NCBI RefSeq assembly: GCF_001677475.2
Contig: NZ_CP015229.1
Source of the DNA: Escherichia coli
GTDB lineage: Bacteria > Pseudomonadota > Gammaproteobacteria > Enterobacterales > Enterobacteriaceae
Strand: one strand, 5' to 3'
DNA: 64,000 nucleotides
Position 1 is the stretch's first letter. Every line of letters starts with the position of its first letter. Shown here piece by piece: positions 1 to 10,204 of this stretch. A program made the position numbers and the translations under genes. Under the pieces are notes generated by a model. It was not told the DNA's origin, did no database searches, and saw only the letters and a list, made by a program, of their open reading frames with translations.

Positions 1-1022
1 GGAGCCACTGGAGCTGGATGCGGGTTGTTCTGGGTGGTGAGAGCTTCTCTGCTCTGGCTGAAGGCCTGCAGGAAGCCCTCGGACAACTGGGCGGAGTGCC
101 GGTAGAACATAAAACGGACAGCCTGAGGGCAGCATGGAAACAACAGGGCGAAGATGGACGCCGCGAGCTGACTGAGCGTTATGCTACTCTCTGTCAGCAC
201 TACGGAATGCAGGGCGTACACAATAATGCCGGTCGGGGCCACGAAAATGGCTCGGTTGAAAGTGCCCACGGACATCTGAAAAGGCGTATCTGTCAGGCGC
301 TGATACTGCGGGGCAGTAACGACTTCAGCACCATAGAAGAATATCAGGCCTTCATCACTCAGCAGGTTATGCGGCACAACCGTAACAATCAGGATCTGGT
401 CAAGGAAGAACGTCTTCATCTGAAACCGCTGCCGCTTCGTCGCAGTGCTGACTATGATGAGCTGACTGTGAGGGTTAGTCGCAGCAGTACCATCAATGTG
501 AAGCACGTCGTCTACAGCGTACCTTCCCGGCTTGTAGGTCAACTGTTACGGGTCAGGTTATGGGACGATCGTCTGAGCTGTTACGTTGGCAGCAGCGAGG
601 TCATGAGCTGCCCTCGCGTCAGACCAGAAAAAGGGAAGACGCGGGCCCGTCGTATCGACTTCCGACATGTGATCGACAGTCTGGCAAAAAAGCCCGGTGC
701 GTTCTGCCATGCAACGCTGAGAAATGACATCCTGCCGGACGATGAATGGCGGAGGCTGTGGCGTCGCTTATGTAATCATCTGGAGCCCGATATGGCAGGA
801 AGGCTGATGGTACATGCCCTGAAACTGGCTGCAGGATACGACGATATCTCAGTCGTGGCAAAAGGTATGGAGCAGATGCTGAATACCCCGGGAAACGTGG
901 ATCTGCACCGGCTGATGCGCTTCCTGGGTATAAAAGAAAAGGCGTTGCCGGTAGTCAATGTGATACAGCATAACCTGAGCAGTTATGAGCAACTACTGCG
1001 TGGCAAGGGAGGTTCGCAGTGA
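1..1022 (+). CDS. istA: IS21-family transposase IstA (5' partial, open to the window edge)
   Basis: Frame is open from position 1; C-terminal transposase-like region; stop overlaps the istB start (GTGA), the classic IS21 arrangement. Confidence 0.8.
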   Translation, partial: SHWSWMRVVLGGESFSALAEGLQEALGQLGGVPVEHKTDSLRAAWKQQGEDGRRELTERYATLCQHYGMQGVHNNAGRGHENGSVESAHGHLKRRICQALILRGSNDFSTIEEYQAFITQQVMRHNRNNQDLVKEERLHLKPLPLRRSADYDELTVRVSRSSTINVKHVVYSVPSRLVGQLLRVRLWDDRLSCYVGSSEVMSCPRVRPEKGKTRARRIDFRHVIDSLAKKPGAFCHATLRNDILPDDEWRRLWRRLCNHLEPDMAGRLMVHALKLAAGYDDISVVAKGMEQMLNTPGNVDLHRLMRFLGIKEKALPVVNVIQHNLSSYEQLLRGKGGSQ

Positions 1023-1774
1023 GCAATATCCATCACCTTGAACATAGCCTGCGTAAACTACGCCTGACACGAGTTGGAGCTGAATGGCACGCTCTGGAAA
1101 AACGAGCGCTGGCAGAAGGCTGGACACCATCGCGCTATCTTCTGACGCTATGCAATGAAGAACTCCTGTGGCGCGAGAGTGAAAAACTGCGTCGTTATAA
1201 AAAGGAGGCCCGGTTGCCAGTTGCCAAAACGCTGAGCGAATACGACTTCAGTCAGGTGCCGGAACTGAATGGAGCTCAGTTCCGGCAACTCTGTGAAACG
1301 ACAGACTGGGTTGATGCAGGAGAAAACGTTCTGCTGTTCGGAGCCAGCGGGTTGGGGAAAAGCCATCTGGCGGCAGCGATCGTGGATGGCGTAGTAGGTC
1401 AGGGCTACCGGGCCCGGTTCTACAGCGCAGGAGAGCTGTTGCAGGAACTACGTAAAGCCAGAGCTCAGTTGAAACTGAATGAGCTGCTACTGAAACTGGA
1501 TCGCTACCGGGTGATAGTGGTGGATGATCTTGGCTATGTCAAACGCGATAGTGCCGAAACGGGTGTGCTGTTCGAGTTAATAGCGCATCGCTATGAACGT
1601 GGGAGCCTGGTGATAACCAGTAACCATCCGTTCAGCATGTGGGGCAGCATCTTCGTGGATGAGACTATGGCGGTGGCTGCGGCAGACAGGCTGATCCATC
1701 ACGGATATATGTTCGAACTGAAAGGGGAAAGCTACAGGAAAAAGACAGCGAAGGCAGTAACAAGCGCGACTTGA
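1019..1774 (+). CDS. istB: IS21-family helper ATPase IstB
   Basis: 251 aa with Walker A motif GASGLGKSHLAAAI and Walker B-like VIVVDDLGY; GTG start overlapping the istA stop. Confidence 0.85.
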   Translation: MSNIHHLEHSLRKLRLTRVGAEWHALEKRALAEGWTPSRYLLTLCNEELLWRESEKLRRYKKEARLPVAKTLSEYDFSQVPELNGAQFRQLCETTDWVDAGENVLLFGASGLGKSHLAAAIVDGVVGQGYRARFYSAGELLQELRKARAQLKLNELLLKLDRYRVIVVDDLGYVKRDSAETGVLFELIAHRYERGSLVITSNHPFSMWGSIFVDETMAVAAADRLIHHGYMFELKGESYRKKTAKAVTSAT

Positions 1775-1839
1775 TGTCGCCCTGAAGGGTGCGGCCAGTA
1801 TAGTTGGCGCGAGTCGGCAAAACTAGTTGACGTCTAATA

Positions 1840-2375
1840 GTCAAGGGATGATCGTGTGGAACAAGCAAACTATGGTGCCAACGAAACCACGGGAAGGCGA
1901 CGAGCTGCGGGTCATTACTCAAACGCTCGCTGGCGATACCAATATCAGCTTCACCATTTTGCAACAACGTCGCAATTTCCTGTGGCGTCCCCTGGATTAG
2001 CTCGAGCCGAACCTCCGGGAAAAGTTCGCGAAAAGCTTTAATGACCTCTGGCAAGCTATAACGTGCCTGAGTATGCGTCGTTGCAATAGTGAGAACGCCA
2101 GACGTATCGTTGGTAAACAGGTCTGCAAGCCGACGAACATTACTGGCTTCATTCAGAATACGTTCTGCAATGACCAGTAATGCTTTGCCCGGTTCAGTCA
2201 TGCCCAGCAGTCTCTTACCTCGTCGAACAAATATTTCGATGCCAAGTTCATCCTCCAGTTCCCGAATATGACGGCTGACGCCTGACTGTGAGGTAAAAAG
2301 CATATTCGCAACCTCTGTCAGGTTGTAATCCTGACGTGCAGCTTCGCGGATTATCTTTAGTTGTTGGAAATTCAC
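1840..2375 (-). pseudogene. cbl: cbl (LysR-type regulator of sulfonate utilisation) truncated by the IS insertion; first ~179 codons intact
   Basis: N-terminus MNFQQLKIIREAARQDYNLTEVANMLFTSQSGVSRHIRELEDELGIEIFVRRGKRLLGMTEPGK... matches Cbl as I recall it through ...LVPHDHPLT, then reads into IS-derived sequence. Confidence 0.8.
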
Positions 2376-2476
2376 GGTAAACTCCGGGCAGTTCAGATAT
2401 CCCGTTATTGTTAAAGTCTAATGCCCGGCATAACAAATAATAAAAACCCGCATCTTATTCCATCCCGATATAACGC

Positions 2477-3394
2477 TTAGCTCACCAATTGCCACTGCCT
2501 TTTTTCCATCACTGGAGAACTAATCACTGACATTAACAACTCTTTCACTGCTTGCGCCTGTGGTGATAAGTTCGCTCTGGCGGGTAAATTTAATGACAAA
2601 GAGAGACTCATGGAAGGTGTGGTAATGCGTGACATCCACCCGTTTACTGCGCCACATAACGAACGCGCGGCCGATTCGGGTAATACTGCAACGCCCATGC
2701 CGCTGGCAATCGCTGCGGTAAGCGTGGCAATAGACTCAATTTCACCAATGACTTTTGCCGTGAGCCGCCGTAGGGAAAAAGCCTCATCAACACGAAGTCT
2801 AATAGCACTGTAATCACTGGGGAGAAAGAGGTTCATTTGCGCAATAGCATTAACATCAACGCTTTGCCCCGGGCAATCTTGAGTTCCTACCAGGAAAAGA
2901 TCTTCTTTCAGCAAAGCCTGACTGGATACACCAGCCACAGGGGAATGCTCATAAATCACCGCCATATCGAGTTGATGATTTATCAGTTTTTCGTTAAGTA
3001 CTGCACCGCTATTTTCATGAAGATAGATAACGATCTCCGGGAATTCAGCGCGAACCGCCTGTAATAAGGGCATGGTGATGGATGACGCTGCGGTTCCTGG
3101 CGCAAAGCCAATCGAGACTTGCCCCGATAATGCCTGACCAACGTTATGCACCGCCAGTTGGGCCTGCTCACACTGACGTAAAATGGCCCGCGCATGGGTA
3201 TAGAGAATTTTTCCGGCGTCTGTTGGCGTAACGCCCCGTTTTGTGCGAATCAAAAGTTGTTGATTTAACTCACCTTCCAGTGTGGCAACCTGCTGACTGA
3301 GCGCTGGTTGTGCGATATGCAATACTTCAGCAGCCTGGGTCAGGCTACCAATATCTACAATTTTTACGAAGTATTTCAGGCGTCTGAAGTTCAT
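2477..3394 (-). CDS. nac: Nitrogen assimilation control protein Nac (LysR family)
   Basis: MNFRRLKYFVKIVDIGSLTQAAEVLHIAQPALSQQVATLEGELNQQLLIRTKRG...; tracker ORF starts 10 codons earlier, true start taken at MNFRR. Confidence 0.9.
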   Translation of the reverse strand: MNFRRLKYFVKIVDIGSLTQAAEVLHIAQPALSQQVATLEGELNQQLLIRTKRGVTPTDAGKILYTHARAILRQCEQAQLAVHNVGQALSGQVSIGFAPGTAASSITMPLLQAVRAEFPEIVIYLHENSGAVLNEKLINHQLDMAVIYEHSPVAGVSSQALLKEDLFLVGTQDCPGQSVDVNAIAQMNLFLPSDYSAIRLRVDEAFSLRRLTAKVIGEIESIATLTAAIASGMGVAVLPESAARSLCGAVNGWMSRITTPSMSLSLSLNLPARANLSPQAQAVKELLMSVISSPVMEKRQWQLVS

Positions 3395-3450
3395 GTTGCC
3401 TCCGGTGTTTAAGAATCGGCACAAGTGCCGCCATTACTTACAACCAGAGT

Positions 3451-3466
3451 GCAAGATGCTTGCCAG
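3451..3466 (-). promoter_or_regulatory. sigma-54 (-24/-12) promoter of nac
   Basis: Minus strand reads TGGCAAGCATCTTGCA (GG-N10-GC) about 56 bp upstream of the nac start. Confidence 0.6.
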
Positions 3467-3580
3467 TTTTATTTTGGCGTTGATGTACAAGCTAACCAGC
3501 TGTCAAATAAGAGATTATGATAGATTCGTCATTGGCTCCTTTAATCAGCTGTCGCGTTCCCCTGCCCTATAAAAGGAGGG

Positions 3581-3597
3581 TATGCACCACGATGGTT
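3581..3597. promoter_or_regulatory. Putative NtrC binding site upstream of nac
   Basis: TGCACCACGATGGTTCA resembles the NtrC consensus TGCACCA-N3-TGGTGCA. Confidence 0.45.
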
Positions 3598-3720
3598 CAT
3601 TACCCAATAAGATTGAAAGCTCACCACTTTGTTGAAATTGACAGCAAACAAACAAAAAAATGCATTTCACCCTTTGACATCACCATGCACTGCCATTAAT
3701 ATGCGCCCCGTTCACACGAT

Positions 3721-3796
3721 TCCTCTGTAGTTCAGTCGGTAGAACGGCGGACTGTTAATCCGTATGTCACTGGTTCGAGTCCAGTCAGAGGAGCCA
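3721..3796 (+). tRNA. asnV: tRNA-Asn (anticodon GUU)
   Basis: 76-nt sequence TCCTCTGTAGTTCAGTCGGTAGAACGGCGGACTGTTAATCCGTATGTCACTGGTTCGAGTCCAGTCAGAGGAGCCA with cloverleaf and CCA end. Confidence 0.97.
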
Positions 3797-3802
3797 AATT
3801 CA

Positions 3803-3830
3803 AAAAAGCCTGCTTTTAAGCAGGCTTTTT
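3803..3830 (+). terminator. Rho-independent terminator after tRNA-Asn
   Basis: Hairpin AAAGCCTGCTTTTAAGCAGGCTTTTT followed by a T-run. Confidence 0.8.
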
Positions 3831-3851
3831 GCTTTGTAATTACCAACGCTC

Positions 3852-4787
3852 TTAAAACATCTGTCTTGAACCAGAACTAATTTGCACAGGCATTCCCGAT
3901 CGTCGTTGCAACGCAGCATTTGCGCGATTTACATCAACTTCTTGCCCGTTGATAAACGCCCGCAAAGATGGGGTTACCGGCAATGGTACTTTTCGGTCAG
4001 ACTCATATTCTGCACGATTGCGCGACAGCGGCTCATGAACTTCCAGCCACTTTGAACCATCCGGTTCCGTTGTGTATTTCACTGGCTGATCAATAATTTG
4101 AACACGAGTACCTACAGGAACATTATCAAACAGATATTTGATATCGTCATTGCGCAGACGAATACAGCCCTGACTTACCCGGAGCCCAATACCAAAATTG
4201 GCATTGGTACCGTGGATGGCATACAACCTGCCAATATAAATCGCGTACAGCCCCATGGGATTATCGGGACCCGCAGGAACAAATGCGGGCAAACTCTCCC
4301 CTCGTTTCGCATATTCGCGCCGAGTGTTCGGCGTTGGCGTCCAGGTTGGAGCTTCTTGTTTACGTTCAACGGTAGTCACCCAGTTACGCGGGGTTTCTCG
4401 CCCAGCCTGGCCGATACCAATAGGAAAGACTTCCACAGTATTACTGTCTGGCGGGTAGTAATAAAGACGCATCTCAGCGACGTTAACCACAATCCCTTTA
4501 CGAACAGTGGCGGGCAAAATCAGTTGCTGCGGAATGGTGAGTTGTGAGCCAGACTTCGGTAAAAAAACATCAGCGCCCGGATTCGCTTCCAGCATATTAC
4601 TTAACCCTTGCCCGTATTGTGCGGCAAAAGTCTCCAGCGGCTGAGTATTGTGATTAGGAACAGTTACAGTAAGCGACTGCCCCACTAAACGGCTACCCTC
4701 TGGAGGTAATGGATAAGTTACCGCCAGGCTATTTTGGCTGGCAAAAAGCAGAGCAAATGAGCAAAGAATATTTACACGACGCATCAT
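3852..4787 (-). CDS. ldtA: L,D-transpeptidase LdtA (ErfK)
   Basis: 311 aa with signal peptide and YkuD-type L,D-transpeptidase domain, matching ErfK as I recall it. Confidence 0.9.
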   Translation of the reverse strand: MMRRVNILCSFALLFASQNSLAVTYPLPPEGSRLVGQSLTVTVPNHNTQPLETFAAQYGQGLSNMLEANPGADVFLPKSGSQLTIPQQLILPATVRKGIVVNVAEMRLYYYPPDSNTVEVFPIGIGQAGRETPRNWVTTVERKQEAPTWTPTPNTRREYAKRGESLPAFVPAGPDNPMGLYAIYIGRLYAIHGTNANFGIGLRVSQGCIRLRNDDIKYLFDNVPVGTRVQIIDQPVKYTTEPDGSKWLEVHEPLSRNRAEYESDRKVPLPVTPSLRAFINGQEVDVNRANAALQRRSGMPVQISSGSRQMF

Positions 4788-4848
4788 GTCCCTTTCCTAA
4801 GTCGCGAATACTATCCGATAAGTATAGCTTTTATCAGAATTTTCGTTT

Positions 4849-5928
4849 TTAGCTGTTCAAATCAGAAGTCGTATTCCCCGGTAGAACAATATTACTGGCA
4901 GCAAGTTCGCCCATGTTGTTGTATATCGCACAAGCAGCTTCGATGATGGGCATCGCCAGAGCTGCACCACTCCCCTCACCTAAACGCATATCCATATTGA
5001 GATAAGGCTCCAGCCCCAAATGCGACAGCGCTATACGCGCGCCTTTTTCTGCCGACAAGTGAGAAGGAATGAGATACGGTTTGATTGCAGGAGACATCTG
5101 GTAGGCTGCGAGCGCAGCAGCATAAGAAAGAAATCCATCCAGCAACACAGGTAAACCGCAGGAAGCAGCGCCTAACATCACGCCAGCCATTCCGACCAAA
5201 TCAAATCCACCCACTTTTGCCAGGACATCAACGCCATCCTGAGGATTTGGTTTATTCAACGTAATCGCCCGGCGCACAACATCAATTTTATTAGCCAGTT
5301 TATCTGTCGGCAGGTTTGCGCCAATCCCAACCACTTCTTCAGGATCCCGGCCAGTGATTGTGCTGACTATTGCCGCTGCCGGTGTCGTGTTTGCCATCCC
5401 CAGTTCACCTACACCAAACAGCGTGACACCGTTTTTTGCCAGCTCCCGCGTATAACATATGACGTCCAAAAGCAACTTTTCAGCCTGACGGCGACTCATT
5501 GCCGGAGCTGAAGCAATATTGCCGCTACCTCGTGCGACACGCATGTTGATAAGCCCGGGGATAGGCTTAGCAGTATCAATACCAACATCAATTACGTGGA
5601 CGTTAGCGCCCGCTTGTGCTGCCAGCACACACACGCCGGTTGTTCCGCGGGTCATATTTTCAGCCTGAATGGCTGTCACTTCTTTTGGGGAAATAGCGAC
5701 CCCTTCCTCCCAGACGCCGTGATCGGCACACATAACCAGTACTGCTTTTTTGCCCACATGCGGTATGCCATTCAACCCCGGCATTCCCGCCAGTTGTATG
5801 GCAAGCGCCTCCAGCCTTCCCAGGCTACCAACAGGTTTGAGTAACCCGTCGATATGCCGTTGTGCACGCGACATAGCGGCAGGATCGATGGCAGGGATCG
5901 TATTCAGTAAATCGGCAAGTGTTTGCAT
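4849..5928 (-). CDS. cobT: Nicotinate-nucleotide--dimethylbenzimidazole phosphoribosyltransferase
   Basis: 359 aa CobT family ([40 protein letters not shown]...). Confidence 0.93.
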   Translation of the reverse strand: MQTLADLLNTIPAIDPAAMSRAQRHIDGLLKPVGSLGRLEALAIQLAGMPGLNGIPHVGKKAVLVMCADHGVWEEGVAISPKEVTAIQAENMTRGTTGVCVLAAQAGANVHVIDVGIDTAKPIPGLINMRVARGSGNIASAPAMSRRQAEKLLLDVICYTRELAKNGVTLFGVGELGMANTTPAAAIVSTITGRDPEEVVGIGANLPTDKLANKIDVVRRAITLNKPNPQDGVDVLAKVGGFDLVGMAGVMLGAASCGLPVLLDGFLSYAAALAAYQMSPAIKPYLIPSHLSAEKGARIALSHLGLEPYLNMDMRLGEGSGAALAMPIIEAACAIYNNMGELAASNIVLPGNTTSDLNS

Positions 5929-5939
5929 GTCACGTCTCT

Positions 5940-6683
5940 TTATAGCATTGCCAGCAGGAAGACCAGTTCACCTAGCTCTATGGCTGCTCCCAGCGTATCG
6001 CCGGTTTGCCCGCCCAGCGTACGTTTGAGAAGCTGACCGAGAATGAAAATCGCAGCCATCGTCAACACCATAGCAGCCACACCATGCATACCCGGCAATA
6101 ATACGGCAGCAAAAATAGCGGCTAAGCCGAGTGTGACGCAGGTTTGTCGCCCATCAATTTTGCCAATGAACACATTGCCAAGCCCTTCTTCCCGGGCATA
6201 ACGATGACGATACATCAATAATGTGGCAGTCCCGCGGCTGACCGCACATGCTGCCGCCAGCGATGCAAGGATCGGTTCGCCACGCAGAGCCAACTCGCTT
6301 AACACCAGAATCTTTGCCAGTACAACAAAAATCAAGGCCAGACCGCCGTGGGTGCCTAACCGGCTATCCCGCATGATTTCCAACATGCGTTCGCGACTAC
6401 GTGCAGAAAATACGCCATCACAGGTATCGGCGAGGCCGTCCAGGTGGAATCCCCCGGTCATCAGCGCCAGCACAAGTACGCTAAACAGTGCCGCCAGTGG
6501 TACGCCACACCATGCCTGCAGCACCATGAAGACCAGCCCGCTGATCGCGCCAAGCAATAATCCAATCAAAGGAAAAGTAATAATACCGCGAGAATAATGC
6601 TCGAAATCCAGTCCCTGGGACCAGCGACGCGGTACAGGCAGACGCGTAATAAAAGAGAGCATCGCCCAAAATAATTTACTCAT
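5940..6683 (-). CDS. cobS: Cobalamin (5'-phosphate) synthase
   Basis: Polytopic membrane protein; true start taken at [18 protein letters not shown] (tracker ORF is 12 codons longer). Confidence 0.9.
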   Translation of the reverse strand: MSKLFWAMLSFITRLPVPRRWSQGLDFEHYSRGIITFPLIGLLLGAISGLVFMVLQAWCGVPLAALFSVLVLALMTGGFHLDGLADTCDGVFSARSRERMLEIMRDSRLGTHGGLALIFVVLAKILVLSELALRGEPILASLAAACAVSRGTATLLMYRHRYAREEGLGNVFIGKIDGRQTCVTLGLAAIFAAVLLPGMHGVAAMVLTMAAIFILGQLLKRTLGGQTGDTLGAAIELGELVFLLAML

Positions 6684-7225
6684 TTGATTTTTACTCCAAT
6701 ACCCGAAACCACCAGCCATACTTCATTTGCCGCAGCGGCCAGCTGCTGATTTACCCGCCCGGCAATATCACGAAAATGTCGTGCCAGACGACTCTCCGGC
6801 ACAATCCCCATACCCACTTCGTTAGTCACTAATACAACCTTTGCGGGGCAACGTTGGCAGGCAGTAATCAACGACTGAATCTCAGCATTAATCGCCTGTT
6901 CCATCACCTGATAATCCCATTCATCAGGGTCTTTATCGCCGCCATAATCAAACAACAGATTAGTCACCATTGTGGTAACGCATTCCAGCAACACAGCCTC
7001 ATTCGGGTTAATGTCTGCATGAATTAATTCATCAAGATGTTGCCAGCGCTCCACTGTGCGCCAGTGCGCCGGGCGGCCTTGCCGATGATGTTCTATCCGT
7101 GCAGCCATCTCATCATCAAGGATTTGCGAGGTGGCGATATACAGAACCTGTGAAGAGTCCCCAATAAGCGCCTCTGCGTGGCGACTCTTCCCGCTCCGTG
7201 CGCCCCCCGTCACCAAAATCATCAT
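6680..7225 (-). CDS. cobU: Adenosylcobinamide kinase / adenosylcobinamide-phosphate guanylyltransferase
   Basis: 181 aa, P-loop [18 protein letters not shown]; overlaps the cobS start. Confidence 0.93.
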   Translation of the reverse strand: MMILVTGGARSGKSRHAEALIGDSSQVLYIATSQILDDEMAARIEHHRQGRPAHWRTVERWQHLDELIHADINPNEAVLLECVTTMVTNLLFDYGGDKDPDEWDYQVMEQAINAEIQSLITACQRCPAKVVLVTNEVGMGIVPESRLARHFRDIAGRVNQQLAAAANEVWLVVSGIGVKIK

Positions 7226-7358
7226 ACCGACTCCTGATTCATTTGTATGATGGTATTCATTGAACAGAACAATGGATCCCCCACCGTTGCTGACCGCAAA
7301 ACATTTACGCGATTAATACTGCGCGTAATATAATTAAAAATCCAGTATTCTCAATCCA

Positions 7359-7796
7359 TTACGAAAGAAGATGGCATTGCGGGATAGCCAGACTTCCTCG
7401 TGTTAACGTCCGACAAAATGCGTCATTGACAGCGGTTTCTCTGGCATGACAGATTTCATTCAGATAATGGATTAATGCTGCAGCCCCACCAGCCGGACCA
7501 GTCAGCAAACGGGCATTGTGTTCTGCAATCAAAATTACCGTCGTTCCCTCAGAATGAGCGAGCCATTCTGGTACAGATATCTCGCTTTCAGCTGCTATCA
7601 ATAGCAGCACTGAATAATCGCTATATGCATCTGATAACGATTGCACAGGCCCACCGTCAAAAGGCTGGAAATCTTGCTGCCAGTCCTCACCAACAAAACA
7701 GGTTATTGGCAATATTTCAGCCAGATGTTTCGCCAGGTCCACATCTCCAGATAAGAGGCAAAAAAGAGCTATCGATTCGGGTTTTATCGTTTTCAT
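7359..7796 (-). CDS. Hypothetical protein (145 aa from MKTIKPES; tracker ORF begins earlier at a GTG at 7865), function unassigned
   Basis: ORF between the cobalamin riboswitch and cobU on the same strand; GGAGGG Shine-Dalgarno 9 nt before the ATG; I cannot match it to a Cbi/Cob family. Confidence 0.45.
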   Translation of the reverse strand: MKTIKPESIALFCLLSGDVDLAKHLAEILPITCFVGEDWQQDFQPFDGGPVQSLSDAYSDYSVLLLIAAESEISVPEWLAHSEGTTVILIAEHNARLLTGPAGGAAALIHYLNEICHARETAVNDAFCRTLTRGSLAIPQCHLLS

Positions 7797-7899
7797 GCCC
7801 CTCGCCCTCCACTTAATTTCCTGTAATGGCGGTCTGGTTGATAAGCCATGAAACAAGATTGCCACACCTTAAGTGCAGCCCTGGTGCCTGTCGGCACTG

Positions 7900-8170
7900 C
7901 GATGAAAGAACTAAATGATGCCGCCATACCCTGATCCTTTCAGGGTGGTAGGGGTATAAAGACGCGCCTGTACTCTACCTGACGCTTCCGGGCAACCCAC
8001 TTCCCACCGAAGTTGTTGGTATTGACTGACTGGCTGGTCTTCTGGCTTAGCGTCATCCTCACCCGACCTTCCCAATCTCGCGATCAGTGGCATTTTCGGG
8101 TTTGTCAGCATTACAGCAGCGGGGGCTGCGAGGGATTTTCACCCTCTTCCCAGGCACAAATGTGCCACAC
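7900..8170 (-). promoter_or_regulatory. Cobalamin (adenosylcobalamin) riboswitch, cob-operon leader type
   Basis: Minus strand reads ...GCCTGGGAAGAGGGTGAAAATCCCTCGCAGCCCCCGCTGCTGTAATG...GCCACTG...GGGAAGG...AAGCCAGAAGACCAGCC (B12-box) = conserved cobalamin aptamer core. Confidence 0.85.
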
Positions 8171-8277
8171 CTGTCAGCGTATGTTATGAGCTGATTTCAC
8201 TTTTCCCATAACAGGTAAATAACGTTAATTATTCATTCCAGCGTTTATTTAAACCTTCCCTTTTTTTAGCATTTACT

Positions 8278-9192
8278 CTATACCGTTTCCATCGCCGCAT
8301 TTTCACTCACTTGCTGTCGATACACCTGCGGCGTAACCTGATAAGTCTGACGAAAAACTTTGCAAAAATAACTGGTTTGTGAAAAACCTAAATTACGCGC
8401 AATGCTGGCGATGCTCCAGTCGCTATGGCACAGTAACTCACGAGCGCTGGCCATCCGTTGTTGGTTTACCCACGCATTAAACCCGATTCCATGGTATTTC
8501 TTGAATAACTTACTGAAATAATAAGGGCTTAGATAAACATGCGAGGCGACATCTTCCAGACGCAAATCGTCTGATAAATGCGCATCAATATAGCGTAAAG
8601 CTTTTTTCATTTTATTGTCGTGGGGACCAGGCGCACGAGTCTGGCGCACCGAATCTGACTGAGATTTGTTCTCTTTAATAACCACAAAATTGAGTTGTTT
8701 TTTGAGGCAATTTTCTACAATCAACTTCAACAAATCAGCAGAGGCCATAACTCTTGAGTAATCCATCTCAGGGACTTTGCGAAATTCATTAAGTAATTCG
8801 GGATCTGCCTGCCAGCAATCATCGACATTCAGAATATCGACCAAATCGACATCATCATTACGCAGACGAACTTGCCCGCACAATACAAAACCGACTAAAT
8901 GCCCGGCGATTACCAGTGGAATAGAGAAATCGGTTAATCCGGCATGACAGCGATAAATACAAGGCTGATCGGATTTAGAGGCTTCCAGGCCCCCACAACG
9001 ATCGCTCATGCGACATCGAGTGCTTAGCTGAGGGTGTTGCCGCATCAACTGACAAAATGGAGTGAAGTTAAACAGCTCGGAAATTTCATCGCCGTGAATA
9101 TTGACCACGACAACCGCAAGGCTGGTCGCCTGCGCAAAATCCTGCGCGATTTTATTAATGAGTTCTGAATTAAGTGTCGCCGCAGAAATCAT
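8278..9192 (-). CDS. pocR: AraC-family regulator of the pdu/cob regulon
   Basis: 304 aa; C-terminal AraC-type HTH; matches Salmonella PocR as I recall it. Confidence 0.9.
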   Translation of the reverse strand: MISAATLNSELINKIAQDFAQATSLAVVVVNIHGDEISELFNFTPFCQLMRQHPQLSTRCRMSDRCGGLEASKSDQPCIYRCHAGLTDFSIPLVIAGHLVGFVLCGQVRLRNDDVDLVDILNVDDCWQADPELLNEFRKVPEMDYSRVMASADLLKLIVENCLKKQLNFVVIKENKSQSDSVRQTRAPGPHDNKMKKALRYIDAHLSDDLRLEDVASHVYLSPYYFSKLFKKYHGIGFNAWVNQQRMASARELLCHSDWSIASIARNLGFSQTSYFCKVFRQTYQVTPQVYRQQVSENAAMETV

Positions 9193-9394
9193 GATAAAAC
9201 CTCCCAGTTAATTTATTGTTATAGCAAAACAATTGTTTTACATTTAATCTTCACATCATCCTTGATGATTTACTGACGAGAAGCACAAAGGACAATAACA
9301 AAAGCCTCCGTGAAGCGGGAGACTTTTTAATAAGTTCGGAAAGCAGATCACAAACAGTAAAAAAATAAACGTTTATAACTGCCAGATTATTTCG

Positions 9395-10204
9395 TTATTC
9401 GCTGATTTCTTTAGGCGTTACACTATTGACAGGTAAATTCTTTGCAATGAGATAGCGATAAATCGCCGCACCAACACATGCGCCAATGATCGGTGCAATA
9501 ATGGGTACAATGAAATAAGGAATATTGCGTCCACCAGTCATCGCAATTTCCCCCCAACCCGCAAGCCAGGTGAAAAATTTAGGTCCAAAATCACGCGCTG
9601 GATTCATGGCAAAACCGGTTAATGGTCCGGTAGAAGCACCAATAACAGCAACCAGAATACCAATTAGTAAAGGCGCAAGCGGTCCTTTGGGTACGCCATT
9701 ACCGTCATCGGTCAACGCCATAATCAACCCCATTAACATGGACGTTATGACCACTTCGACCAACGCAGCTTGCCATACATTAATCGCCGCTGCCGGATAA
9801 GTACTGAAGATACTGGCGAGTTGTAAACTTTCTGCACTACCACGCACCATATTGTGAGCAGATTCAAAATCGGTAAACAAACTGCTGTATAGAGAATATG
9901 CCAGAACCGCACCACCAAAGGCACCCGCTAATTGCGCCACACAAAATGGCAGCACTTTACGGGCTGGGAAAGAGGCAAACAGCCACAGAGCAATGGTAAC
10001 TGCCGGGTTGAGATGAGCGCCGGAAATACCTGCCGTAAGGTAAACAGCAAGCGAAATCCCTAACCCCCAAATGATACAAATTTCCCACAGTCCCAGACTT
10101 GCCCCGGCAACTTTCAGGGCGCACAAACAACCAATGCCAAAAAAGAGGAACAGTCCGGTGCCTAAAAACTCGGCAACGCATTGCGCCTTGAGTGAATCAT
10201 TCAT
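9395..10204 (-). CDS. pduF: Propanediol diffusion facilitator (MIP/aquaglyceroporin family)
   Basis: MNDSLKAQCVAEFLGTGLFLFFG...; two NPA motifs (HLNPAVT, MNPARDF); start taken at MNDSL. Confidence 0.9.
   Translation of the reverse strand: MNDSLKAQCVAEFLGTGLFLFFGIGCLCALKVAGASLGLWEICIIWGLGISLAVYLTAGISGAHLNPAVTIALWLFASFPARKVLPFCVAQLAGAFGGAVLAYSLYSSLFTDFESAHNMVRGSAESLQLASIFSTYPAAAINVWQAALVEVVITSMLMGLIMALTDDGNGVPKGPLAPLLIGILVAVIGASTGPLTGFAMNPARDFGPKFFTWLAGWGEIAMTGGRNIPYFIVPIIAPIIGACVGAAIYRYLIAKNLPVNSVTPKEISE

Larger units (their letters stand above)
1..1839 (+). mobile_element. IS21-family insertion sequence, partial (left end lies outside the window); right end approx 1835-1840
   Basis: Overlapping istA/istB gene pair typical of IS21 family; about 65 bp of non-coding terminal sequence after the istB stop; cbl reading frame loses similarity at about 1839. 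Confidence 0.8.

Noticed and set aside
3517-3699. 60-aa ORF in the nac-asnV intergenic region
   Set aside because: Falls within the nac promoter/NtrC-site region, has no convincing RBS and no recognisable domain; more likely regulatory DNA.
7796-7865. N-terminal extension of the unassigned ORF from the tracker GTG at 7865
   Set aside because: The GTG has AAGG only 1 nt upstream (poor spacing), whereas the internal ATG at 7796 has a well-spaced GGAGGG; the shorter 145-aa form is preferred, and the extension would overlap the riboswitch expression platform.
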